From the NCBI GenBank assembly GCA_951406725.2, contig OX597820.1:53692001-53756000 (forward strand): a DNA stretch of 64,000 nucleotides, in the 5' to 3' direction. Positions within the stretch are counted from its first letter, which is position 1; the number at the start of each line of letters is the position of its first letter. Shown in pieces: positions 45,642 through 56,915 of the stretch. The notes below the pieces were generated by a model that made no database searches, was not told where the DNA came from, and worked only from the letters and a program-made list of their open reading frames with translations. Both the position numbers and the translations under genes were made by a program. Source of the DNA: Octopus vulgaris. Lineage: Eukaryota.

Positions 45642-46090
45642 TAATAATAATAAAAAAATACTAAAAATAGATACAGTTAAGTTAGCACCAAGTCCATCCT
45701 TTCAAGATCGAAATAACTATGAGTTAAGAAATGCTGACCACTAGGTAAAGAAAATTTAGATTAATTCGATTGGCTATTGGTTTGAAATTTAAATCACAAA
45801 AGAAAATTATACGGTTGGTTAGTCAAGGAACGCCAATATTCACACACGCATCTACAGATCAATCGCACATACACACATAGTTATATGTATATACATACAC
45901 TTATACACATACACAATCACAAGCAACAACTAGCACTTAGATAAACAAAAAAGGGAAGCAACTATGCTAACATTTAGTCCTTCAAAATTATAACTGAGCC
46001 TCAATAACAAAAAAAGAACCATCCATGCATTCTATAAAATATTTAATTTAGATATAAATATATTTATAAATATCAGTATGTTACTAATTC
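44923..46090. repeat. left arm of the 1.17-kb inverted repeat (3' pseudo-LTR)
   Basis: Reverse complement of 49604-50770; the only difference I found is one base in a T/A homopolymer junction. Confidence 0.93.
45128..45235 (-). ncRNA. hammerhead ribozyme, sense to the PLE, with about 85-nt stem II
   Basis: CT-CTGAAGA-GGCCGTGGGGCA...TGTCCTCACTGCC-GAAAC-AGCT-GTC-AG. Confidence 0.8.
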
Positions 46091-47373
46091 AGATAATTAT
46101 TTCATGGGTAACTTAAAATTTATAACACCGGTTTGTTACAGAGTAAACATACGGTTGTTAGGTTTATCGTAAGTTTGTTATGATTTTAAGTACGCTAAAT
46201 TATAAAATATAAAATATAAAATATATATTAATTTAAATATTATAAATAAGTCACTTATTAACTTAATAAATATAGTGCCATAATATACCAGTTTAGGCAT
46301 TAAAGAATAGAAGGGGAAGTATTAATGTAAACGCTTATGAGAACATCACAGAAATTTTAAATAAATTTTATATTATAAAGACTTAAGATGAAAAGAGATA
46401 AAATAAATAAAAAGGAATAAATACGAAGGAATAAATACGGTTATACACATAATTATAAGTACAAACTAGTATATATGTATTCATATATTATTAAAATTAA
46501 ATAAAAATAAATGATAGATATGTATGTATAAAACTACACCAGTATAAGTAAATAAGTAAAAAATAAATAGGTAACAAATTAGATGACTTGATATGTATGT
46601 AAACATCTACACTTAAATAGGCAAATAAATAAATGAATAGAAGACTAGATGCAAAGATTGATAATATTACAATAAAATGGGAAATAAATATAAATAAATA
46701 AAGTGAATATATATATTTTATATTGTTGAAAGTAAATATGTATGGAAGGATAGTTTAAAGTACAGATCCAGAGGACTATAGATATAAACTAAATATATGA
46801 GGCTGGTAATAATTATAAAGCAAAATGCATGTAAATGAGAAAATGAAAAAAAAAATGAAAAAGGTTTATCAGTGAATAGCATAAGATACAAATTAAGGTG
46901 AGTACAAAAAGACCAAATATATAATAAAAACCTTCCAAATAAACACATACAAAAAACCTATAATCTCAACCTAAACCCACCAAACTCACAAAAGGCTCTC
47001 ATATATTACATATTATACAATATCATTACATTATCTAGAGCTAGGTATCTAACCAAGATATACATATATACTATGCAATATACTATGCAATATTGGAAAA
47101 CTTCAAAAATCACACATTACAAGGCAAATACCAAAATGAATATGCTATTTTATGTCATATTCCATTTCTCTTAAAAAAACAAACAAAAACCCACATACAA
47201 AAACCAAGAAACCAATAATACTAGACACATCCATTAATTATTATACAAATGTAGCTATAAAAATTATAAAATTATGAAATTTATAAATTGTATACTTTAG
47301 AATTATAGAAGACCACAGGTATATTTAGTTAAAGAAGGAATTAAAAAATTAATAATAGTGGAAGTGCTAAGTT

Positions 47374-48771
47374 CTATTTGAATCTAGAAAAGGTGAACGG
47401 TAGCCTATGAATACAAAAGAAGTTTTTCTCATTAATGTTGTTAATAATTTGCCGACCCGCTTTAATAATGAAGAAAATTTCATTAATACATAGAGAGCAT
47501 TTTTTATTTTTTCCATTATACACAGGTGCTGAAGTTAGTATTTTCCAGTTTAATCTAAAATCTAAGTTCTTACTTTTAAGTTCCCAAATGTATGCACTTA
47601 GCCCTGTAGAGTACATTCTATTTTTATTCCTAAAAGTATATCTGTGATAATTCCATCTTTGTTTTATGCTATTCATAGTTGCCCCGATATACACCCTACT
47701 ACTCAATTGTGTATCTACAGTGCATTGGTAAACTACCTCCTTCCTGAGGCATTGATTACCAAATACACATTTATTTTTATTTCTGCAATTACAAAGATTA
47801 ACAGAATGAGGAAATCTAAGATTGGACACCACCCCTATACTACTATTCACATTATAAGTGTTACAATTGTTATCATCATCCAAACCCAAAATCAACGAAT
47901 GAGTTAATTTCACATTATCGGCTATATTCCTATCACTAGTACTAGTATTGGTAGTAGTAGTATGATCTATTACATTTATATTATCTCTGACAGGTATGGT
48001 GCACTCATTATTAGTAAGGAGGTTGTTCCCATTTGTTCCAAGAAAATTTCTATTCCTATTATTAATGAAGAGGGGCAAGTTTTCCTGGTCTAAATTCAAT
48101 TTTCTATCCTTATAGAAGTGATCCAGTTTCTTGTTATTAAAAGAGGAGATAATGGTGGCTAGATTATGAGTAATGCTATATCCCACTCTAACAGTACCGT
48201 TGTTAATTAAAGGACTAAATTTATTCCTATCCTTACCAAAATGCCTAAAAATAACATTATGCAAAGCTCTCACTATGTTTGTTTTAATCTGCATTGCATA
48301 CGGGATAATCAACCAAAGAGTATCCTTATCAGAATTAGGATTGCCTATAGAATTAATGTTATTTGTAAAAATCCTATTCGTAGACCAACTCATAGGATTA
48401 CTATTCTTACCACTGTTATTGTTATATCTATCTATATCAATATTACCATGGTTATTGCGCAAGTAAACTTTACCAATATCATGTCTACCATAAGTTTTAA
48501 TTCGTATATTATTATTAATATTACTACTATTACCCGTATGCTTAGATCTATTTGAGCTACCGTTCACCTTTCCAAGGTTAACGTCACTTCTACATTTATT
48601 ATAGGTGTTATCATATATTCTATTTTTACTATTCTTATGTATATTGTTGATTATCCTAAATCTATTTGTGTTGTTCCTGATAGTTCTACCTACATTAGGG
48701 GTTCCCCTTAGGTATAAACCAAATCTTACTTTTATATCCTGCCTTAAGTAATGCTGCATTGTATCTATCAC
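47374..48771 (-). CDS. PLE ORF C-terminal part: Asn-rich linkers, CxC zinc-type motif and GIY-YIG endonuclease (homologous part starts at about 48696)
   Basis: WLIIPYAMQIKTNI...VGYSITHNLATIISSFNNKKL; CNCRNKNKCVFGNQCLRKEVVYQCTV...RVYIGAT...KQRWNYH...STGLSAYIW...KCSLCINE...CIH. Confidence 0.9.
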   Translation of the reverse strand: MIDTMQHYLRQDIKVRFGLYLRGTPNVGRTIRNNTNRFRIINNIHKNSKNRIYDNTYNKCRSDVNLGKVNGSSNRSKHTGNSSNINNNIRIKTYGRHDIGKVYLRNNHGNIDIDRYNNNSGKNSNPMSWSTNRIFTNNINSIGNPNSDKDTLWLIIPYAMQIKTNIVRALHNVIFRHFGKDRNKFSPLINNGTVRVGYSITHNLATIISSFNNKKLDHFYKDRKLNLDQENLPLFINNRNRNFLGTNGNNLLTNNECTIPVRDNINVIDHTTTTNTSTSDRNIADNVKLTHSLILGLDDDNNCNTYNVNSSIGVVSNLRFPHSVNLCNCRNKNKCVFGNQCLRKEVVYQCTVDTQLSSRVYIGATMNSIKQRWNYHRYTFRNKNRMYSTGLSAYIWELKSKNLDFRLNWKILTSAPVYNGKNKKCSLCINEIFFIIKAGRQIINNINEKNFFCIHRLPFTFSRFK

Positions 48772-49603
48772 AGTGTTTGTTAAAAATTTCCTCGTTTGAG
48801 GATAAACTAGAAATTCTCTGACTAATGCTACGCACTAGTGCATTTTTAATTTGAGGGGGGTGATTACTAGAACGGTTAATGTATATTAGGTTAGAATTAG
48901 GTTTAATATAGGGTTCATGTAAACCATTAGTAATGTTACAATTAACATCTAAATAATTAGCAGAATAATTTTCACTTTCAATGATAATGGATAGGCCGAA
49001 GCTTTTAAAAAATTTATTTATTCTTTTTTTCAGAAGATCTAATCTCCTATTTGATGTATTCCTAACACAAAATAAGGCGTCATCCCTGTATAATCCACCT
49101 TTTAATTCAGGGAATTCCCTACTAAAGTTATCTAATAGATACATCCCAACTAGATCAGTCACCTCCGCTGAGTCCGGCGATCCCATTGTGATATCGAACA
49201 AGTTGGGTGTGTCCTTTCTAGCCCAAAGTTTATTATCAAACTCTATTAAAGTTTTCCTGGCTGTTAGTATAACCTTAATCTCCCCCATACTTAATTTAGT
49301 GTGTTTTCTAGCAAAAATTAAGGACTTATTTAATATAATAGGGTTAATTGAAGTGTAATAATTCTGTATATCGAATTGTATAAATTTATTTCTATTATAG
49401 CTAAAGTTGTTACTGTCACAGACCTTAATGGTAGAAAACCAATCCAAAGCACCCTGAGTATTCTTCCAAAGGTTTAGTTTGATTTTATTGCGGATGGTGG
49501 GTAGATATTTATCTAGAATGAGTTTACTTAGTCTGCCTAAGTCAGATTTAGTGGGGCAAATTAATCTGACCTGTGTGTTTCCAAGAAAATTCTCTTTATG
49601 ATC
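48695..49603 (-). CDS. PLE reverse transcriptase, 5'-truncated; frame is open from the inversion junction
   Basis: DHKENF..RLICPTKSDLGRLSKLILD..LWKNTQ; QFDIQNYYTSI; ITMGSPDSAEVTDLVG; GLYRDD; NYLDV; YINRSSNHPP. Confidence 0.93.
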   Translation of the reverse strand, partial: DHKENFLGNTQVRLICPTKSDLGRLSKLILDKYLPTIRNKIKLNLWKNTQGALDWFSTIKVCDSNNFSYNRNKFIQFDIQNYYTSINPIILNKSLIFARKHTKLSMGEIKVILTARKTLIEFDNKLWARKDTPNLFDITMGSPDSAEVTDLVGMYLLDNFSREFPELKGGLYRDDALFCVRNTSNRRLDLLKKRINKFFKSFGLSIIIESENYSANYLDVNCNITNGLHEPYIKPNSNLIYINRSSNHPPQIKNALVRSISQRISSLSSNEEIFNKHCDRYNAALLKAGYKSKIWFIPKGNP

Positions 49604-50052
49604 GAATTAGTAACATACTGATATTTATAAATATATTTATATCTAAATTAAATATTTTATAGAATGCATGGATGGTTCTTTTTTTGTTATTGAGGCTCAG
49701 TTATAATTTTGAAGGACTAAATGTTAGCATAGTTGCTTCCCTTTTTTGTTTATCTAAGTGCTAGTTGTTGCTTGTGATTGTGTATGTGTATAAGTGTATG
49801 TATATACATATAACTATGTGTGTATGTGCGATTGATCTGTAGATGCGTGTGTGAATATTGGCGTTCCTTGACTAACCAACCGTATAATTTTCTTTTGTGA
49901 TTTAAATTTCAAACCAATAGCCAATCGAATTAATCTAAATTTTCTTTACCTAGTGGTCAGCATTTCTTAACTCATAGTTATTTCGATCTTGAAAGGATGG
50001 ACTTGGTGCTAACTTAACTGTATCTATTTTTAGTATTTTTTTATTATTATTA

Positions 50053-50102
<50 letters not shown>

Positions 50103-50192
50103 AGTAATTTTTATTAACTTTTATAGCTTTAGAATTTTATGAACTGTACCACGGATTTAATTATTATTTTTCATCTCCATATGTGTTAGCCC

Positions 50193-50223
<31 letters not shown>

Positions 50224-50770
50224 AACTATTAGCCAAATATGTATAATATCGGTACTTAATAATATTAATATATACACTGTTATATATTTTGTTTTATTTT
50301 GTTCTGTTTACCTTCCTTTTTGTACAAATGTGTATTATATTATATAAGTGTAGCATTATGATGTATAAGTTTTTATATTTTACATTTTTATATTTTTATA
50401 TTTATATGTATATGATTATATAATATTTTTCACTATTATAACAAATTTAATTTAATTCTCTGAAGAGGCCGTGGGGCATCCTTGTTAATGCCTCATTTAT
50501 ACCTGCCTTTATGGCTTATAGGTTAAATGAGGTATGACTGTCCTCACTGCCGAAACAGCTGTCAGTTTTGATTTATTTGCATATTATATTTAAAATTTTT
50601 TACTTATATCTCTTTATCTTTTTACTTTTACTATTACTGTATATCTCATTTCATTTTATATATTGCCTTTACTCATATGTAATGGTGTATTAAAGTATGG
50701 ATTGAGTATCATCGGATAGTTGATGTTTTACTGATTTAAGTATGTTTCTCCATTCTCTAATTTTGTAGTA
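49604..50770. repeat. right arm of the inverted repeat (inverted pseudo-LTR)
   Basis: Reverse complement of 44923-46090; begins exactly where the RT frame is truncated. Confidence 0.93.
50458..50565 (+). ncRNA. hammerhead ribozyme copy in the inverted arm
   Basis: CTGAAGA...CGAAACAGCTGTC; inner hairpin ATGCCTCATTTA..ACCT/AGGT.TAAATGAGGTAT. Confidence 0.8.
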
Positions 50771-50931
50771 TTAATTTACGGTAATATTATTACCTTTACC
50801 CATTTAATACAATAGATGAAATGATTGCTTGACAATTTTTAACATCTATGTATTAATTTTGTTGGGTACCTATCTAGCAGTATATTGGATATATATTATC
50901 CCATGGTGGGTTGAATTTTCAACCCCTATCT

Positions 50932-50963
<32 letters not shown>

Positions 50964-51356
50964 GCATACACATACTTGTGCATGACCACAAAGTTTCTGT
51001 TAACGGAATTCACTCACAAGGCATCACCATGGTCGCAAAGTGAACGTCATAAGCACACACCCAGCCAGGCCCGTAGATGCATGCATATATATATATATAT
51101 ATGCATCTACGTATATGAATATAGGGAGATAGATTACCAATGAAATTATTTATAAGTTCTAACCTTTTTCCCCCCTTCTATATTAGATCAAGGCACTGTA
51201 CCAGAAGACCAGACCCCAAAACTGTTTTTTAACATACAGCACTCCGAGGGGAATATCTTTCAACCAGCCTTTGAAGATTAATCTGGCAAGAATTGATAAT
51301 TAATGATGGCATTCACTTTAATATCATTTCGCAAATTTTGTCACTGAGATAACGCA

Positions 51357-51411
<55 letters not shown>

Positions 51412-51847
51412 ACACGCACACATTCACACACACATATATATTCAAGCTCCCCCAGACACACTCACACACACACACACAGAGAAGCTTCGCGTATGTCCCA
51501 CCTTCATTTGCATAATTCTTCATGAACTTCGTTATTCGAAATTAACGAATTTCTGTGGTTCTTCTAATTTTCTGAATATTTCTTGATTTCTGCAGGAAAG
51601 AGATGTCAAATTCTGTGAATGAGTAATTTATTATAATAGCAATAGCCTACGTAACATAATAAGAAAACTAATTGTAATTAAATCTAAAATACATCAATTA
51701 AAATATAATTCGCTGAACACGAATAATGCCGTCCTTTAGCTTCAAGAGTTAAGTATTAATTACGAAACAACATCCATCAGTAGGCTCTTCTGCCAAAATA
51801 TCTTAAAGCGTGTGTGTAAGTATTGTTGCTGTCGCTGCCGCTGCTGC

Positions 51848-51920
<73 letters not shown>

Positions 51921-52065
51921 GTTGTTGTTGTTGGTATTGTCGTTAATTGATAGGCATGTACTTTACAATACAAATCGCAATTCTCTTCAAAATACGGTAT
52001 TTTTGCCGGGAAGGCAAGATACAAAAAAATTCAAAATTAGTTTTATATATATGTACATATATATA

Positions 52066-52256
52066 TCTTCTTTTACTTGTTGCAGTATTTTGACTGTGGC
52101 CATGCTGGAGCACTGCCTTTAGTCGAGCATATCGATCCCAGGATTTATTCTTTGTAAGCCTAGTACTTATTCTATCGGCCACTTTTGCCGAACCGCTACG
52201 TCACAGGGACATCAACACACCAGCATCGATTTGTTGGGGGGACAAACACTGACACA

Positions 52257-52329
<73 letters not shown>

Positions 52330-52707
52330 CGGGCTTCTTTCAGTTTCCGTCTACCAAATCCACTTACAAGGCTTTTTTCGGCCCGAGGCTATAGTAGAAA
52401 TCACTTGCCCAAGGTGCCACGCAGTCGGACTGAACCCTGAACCATGAGGTTAGTAAGCAAACTACTTGTCACAAGTCACTTCGGCGCTTGTGTGTATATA
52501 TATATATTCTTTTACTTGTTTCAGTCATTTTGAATGCGGCCATGGTGATGCACCGCTTTTTAGTCGAGCAAATCGACTCCAGGACTTATTCTTTGTAAAC
52601 CTAGAACTTATTCTATCGGTCTCTTTTGCTGGTGTGTTTACGGGGACGTAAACACACCGGCATCGGTAGTCAAGCGATGTTGGGGAAGGAAACACTGACA
52701 AACACAC

Positions 52708-52764
<57 letters not shown>

Positions 52765-52920
52765 CATACGACAGGCTTCTTTCAGTTTACATCTACCAAA
52801 TCCACTCACAAGGCTGTGATCGGCCCGAGGCTATAGTAGAAGACACTTGCCCAAGGTGGGACTGAACCTGGAACCATGTGGTTGGTAACCAAGCTACTTA
52901 CCACGCAGCCACGCTAGACC
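52066..52920 (-). mobile_element. two tandem family B SINEs (52066-52487 and 52507-52920)
   Basis: Two head-to-tail reverse-complement copies. Confidence 0.9.
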
Positions 52921-53480
52921 TATGAAAGCAATGAACATAACAGTAAATGTAAGAACGTTGAATATATGATATGCAGCGTATATAATACCTTTAATCAGGA
53001 ACAAACTATGTTTCGATATATCGGTACACTAATATCACCAGAGGTGAAATGAAATGAAAGAACGAAATTTTGAAAATTTTCATTTAATTTTTTCCAAAAT
53101 TTAATTGTTTTCCATACTTACAGTTGAAAAAATCTCAATGACTGAAACCGGTACTGAAATGCTTTTTATAAAATTATTTTAGCATTTTCTATCTTGACTT
53201 CTTTTTTTGCATATATATATATACATATATTTATTTATTTATTTATTTATGTATATATATATACACACACACATATATATTCATACATATATGTGTGTGT
53301 GTGTATGAGTATTTCCACATTTTTATGTTGGTGTCTGTGTGAGTTCAACTATTTTGTTTTTAAAGATACTCCTTACTCTGTTGAGTACACTAGATATTTA
53401 AAAGAACTTTTAAGACAGAATGTTGCGTCCAGATAAAAATCGCGTGTTCGTTCCCTTTAGTTAGGGTAAGGTTAATTGTT

Positions 53481-53541
53481 GTTTCTGGGATATTCCAAGT
53501 GGTAGCTCAGAATGTCCATACACTGGGTACTCCGTCATCAG
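53481..53541 (-). ncRNA. partial hammerhead motif (stem III lost)
   Basis: Minus strand CTGATGA-C-GGA.TA.CCAGTG...CACTTGG..TATCC-CA-GAAAC. Confidence 0.4.
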
Positions 53542-53779
53542 AGACAAAGTATGTATGGAAGTTCTAGACAGGGAAATTCACAGTTTATAAGGAATAAAGT
53601 AGAAAAATAAAGAGTGAAAGTAGATATAAGAATACAGACAGGATAATAATGTTCATAATTCATCATTTTACAAAGGGTATGGAAGTTGGTCCGTATTTCC
53701 GTGAAGGTATAGGTCCTTATGTTTAATCCCAGGTAAATCGAGGCAAATATATTTGCATATATGTATATATCTATGTGTG

Positions 53780-54057
53780 TGTCTTTTGTGTCTGTGTTTG
53801 CTTGACAACCGGTGTTGCTGTGTTTACGCTCACATAACCTAGCGGTTCGATAAAAGAGGACCGATAGAATAAGTACTAGGCTTTAAAAAAGAAACAGGTT
53901 CTGGGATCGATTTGTTCGACTAAAACGCTTCATGGAGGTGCTCCAGTATGGCCGAAGTCAAATGACTAAAAGACGCAAAAGAATAAAAGAATACATTTTA
54001 ACGACAAAATCTTATATGGGGCCCGAAAGACTATATGGGCCCCGGTTGAGAACCACT
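53780..54057 (+). mobile_element. family B SINE tail followed by hAT-MITE right end (about 53995-54057)
   Basis: CTCCAGTATGGCCGAAGTCAAATGACT tail; CCCCGGTTGAGAACCACTG TIR. Confidence 0.75.
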
Positions 54058-54245
54058 GATCTTGAGGTTGCAAAATGGAACCAAGAGAGAAGCTTCTCGA
54101 GACGGTGCGTTATGCACTTGATGACTTAGTGCTGACGCACGAGACCCTTGGCCGGTGAGTCAATCTGTTGTTTCTAATAAAAGTATATATAAATATATAT
54201 TATACTCAAGTTTTGAGTTCTGTTTTTTCTGTTTGCATCACAAAA

Positions 54246-54247
<2 letters not shown>

Positions 54248-54277
<30 letters not shown>

Positions 54278-54495
54278 CGTGTATGTGTATGTGTATGTAT
54301 GTGTGCCTTCTACGCATATACACATATACATATCTATATATCAGTCTAATAATCTACATTTATGTATGCATATATATACCTAAATATATGAATAAATATG
54401 TGTGTGAGTGTGTGTGTGTATGTATCTATGCATGTATCTATGCATGTATATATATATGTGTATATATATATACATATATATACATATATACATAC

Positions 54496-54589
<94 letters not shown>

Positions 54590-54665
54590 GTGTATGTATA
54601 TATATATATATATATATATCATATCATATAGTGTAGTATGTTTCATATAGATATACATACACATC
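54248..54665. repeat. (TA)n-rich microsatellite
   Basis: Visible. Confidence 0.9.
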
Positions 54666-55116
54666 CATGCGTGAGTATCTATGTGTATAGGTAGGTTTGT
54701 GTGTGTGTATACACCGACATGTAAAGTGAGATATCTAAGTTAATGGCTCAGTTATTAATTACCAATCATCAGACCACAGAATCAAATGCACCCGAATGGG
54801 TCAATGAGTGCATAACATTACCGAATACCTTTATTCGTAGACCCTCTCCTCTCACTTTCTTCCCCAAACTGAAACCACACTTTCATTTGCCTCTATTTCA
54901 ATAACTTTATTTTCATTACATTACACATTTGCATCGTTTTTAAAATTTAGCTAGATAATTAAACACAGTTATATCAGTACAAACGTTAATGGTGGTTTTC
55001 ATTAACATTGGTTTATAACATAATTACAGGTCCTCAAATTTAGGTTAGTGCTTTAGGTTTACGTCGTCCACAGTCCTTGACTGCTTTTCTATTTGATCCA
55101 AACAAAGACAATGAAA

Positions 55117-55345
55117 GTCCTTGTGGCCTAGTGGCTAGGGCGTTGGACTCTCAATCGTAAGATTGTGGTTTCAATTCCTGAACTGGGCAACGTATCGTTT
55201 TCTTCAGCATAACATCTCATGTTGCTTCAGTCCATTCAGCTGGCATAAATGAGTAACCCTACGTTGCTCCGGTGTCACGTCTAGTGTATATACGCCACAG
55301 AAACCGGGAAGCCGGCCCTTACGAGCCCTTATGAGTCTGTCGGTC
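55117..55345 (+). mobile_element. degenerate tRNA-derived SINE related to family C
   Basis: GTGGCCTAGTGG A box, GTTTCAATTCC B-box-like, CCATTCAGCTGGCATAAATGAGTA. Confidence 0.6.
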
Positions 55346-55560
55346 GCTTATCTTATAAAACTATGAAAGTCTAAATTAAGCTCGGTAGTGTTTGAATTCA
55401 AGACGCAAAGCATAATCATGCATAATTTCTGAACGACATTTGTCCAACGCTTTAACGATTTTTCCGACTAATAGCCTTGACGATTATTTGATTTCCAGCA
55501 AAGGCGCATGATTTCAAATTTTGGGAAAGGATATCGTTGATCATAACAACAATAGTTCTT

Positions 55561-55717
55561 CATTATTTACATTTGACGGATATTTGTCCTCGTCTTGTTT
55601 GTTGTTAACACAACATTTCGGCTGATATACCTTCGAGCCTTCATCAGAGCATATGGTGTAGTGGTTAAGAGCACGGGCTACTAACCCCGAGATTCCGAGT
55701 TCGATTCCAGGCAGTGA

Positions 55718-55755
<38 letters not shown>

Positions 55756-55921
55756 TCGAAAAATACCTTAGGAATGAGAACACAGGTTCGAAATTTCCCC
55801 AAGACGCCTGATGAAGGCTAGAGGGTATATCAGCCGAAACGTTAACAACAAACAAGATGAGGACAAATATCGTCAAATGTAAATAATGTACATAATTCCT
55901 CGTCTCTTAAATATAGAAAAG
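55561..55921 (+). mobile_element. tRNA-headed, hammerhead-containing SINE-like element with inverted 5' duplication
   Basis: 13-bp TSD AACAATAGTTCTT (55548-55560 and 55922-55934); 55561-55647 is the inverse of 55808-55888; tRNA-like head 55647-55720; CTGATGA-A-GGCT...AGCC-GAAACGTT. Confidence 0.85.
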
Positions 55922-56101
55922 AACAATAGTTCTTGGCCAGTAATTTAATTTACCATACGTGAAAGAATGAAATCCAAAATTGACTACTGATGAAGTTAAA
56001 CTCAGATCGTATATAGTGGAAGCAAATTTCGCAAAGCAATTTGTGCTACGCTTTGAATCCATCGTTTTAAAATTTATGCTAAACCAATATTTGTTACCTT
56101 T

Positions 56102-56320
56102 AAAGCGGCGAGCTGGCAGAACCGTTGGCACGCCGAATATAATGCTTTGCGGCATTCCGTCCGTCTTTACGTTCTAAGTTCAAATTCTACCGAGGTTGTA
56201 TTTACTTTTCAACTTTTCATGGGTCGATAAAATAAGTACCGGTTACTCACTGGAGTCGTGTAGATGTAGTCGACTATCTCCTCCAGCAAACTTCAGGCTT
56301 TGTGCCTATAATAGAAAGCA
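56102..56320 (+). mobile_element. family A SINE, older tail
   Basis: GCGGCGAGCTGGCAGAACCG head and core. Confidence 0.8.
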
Positions 56321-56858
56321 CATCATATAATCAGTGGCTATTTATGCTTGTCACTATGAAATGTTTTAATCTAAGATGGTTGTAGACACTTGACTAGAAA
56401 CCAATTTAGAGGGGAGGGTGGTTGAAGGTAAAGTACACCATGGAAAATTATGAACATAGAACGAAATGAGATTTTTCTAATTCTGAAAATAATTCTTTCT
56501 AAATTTGGTCACGTGCATAAACATAGGTAGGAAGACGAATGCGATCGATTCAATCAGCCTACTTACATTACTAATAACTATTGTTACAAGCCCTAGTAGG
56601 TATGTCTCTATAGATTTGTATACTGTGATATAACTGATCTTTAACATTCGTTTCTTCTTTGTTAACTCTTTCAACAAATGAATGTTACTACCATTGATTG
56701 GAATAAAATTTTGTGACGTTGTTAGATCTCCCCAAATTCATTAAGAATATAGCGATATTAACGAAGTGACATATATTCATGTGGTTTCCGGCGAAGCTGT
56801 TCCGTTTAAGTCTCAATCTGAATTTTTTTCATTTTCTTTATTTCTTTTTTTTTAACAG

Positions 56859-56915
56859 GGTTAGTCAATGGGAGACGTCCAAAGTCCATGTCCCTTTGCA
56901 GGACCTCTCAATCTG
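56859..56915 (+). CDS. candidate 57-nt internal exon of an unidentified host gene
   Basis: About 30-nt polypyrimidine tract plus AACAG acceptor; CTG|GTAAGA donor; length is a multiple of 3; two open frames (LVNGRRPKSMSLCRTSQS or VSQWETSKVHVPLQDLSI). Confidence 0.5.

Larger units (their letters stand above)
44923..50937 (-). mobile_element. Penelope-like retroelement of Hydra-clade type, 5'-truncated, with inverted pseudo-LTR, inserted in (TA)n
   Basis: RT and GIY-YIG ORFs on the minus strand; 44923-46090 and 49604-50770 are inverted copies; about 167-nt extension to 50937; (TA)n on both sides; hammerhead in each arm. Confidence 0.93.

Noticed and set aside
47435-49358. Plus-strand ORFs overlapping the PLE
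   Set aside because: Antisense shadows of the RT/EN coding sequence.
47374-49603. Naiad-type permuted or selenoprotein PLE
   Set aside because: The endonuclease is C-terminal, there are no in-frame TGA codons in the two ORFs, and the single break is TAA with a frame change.
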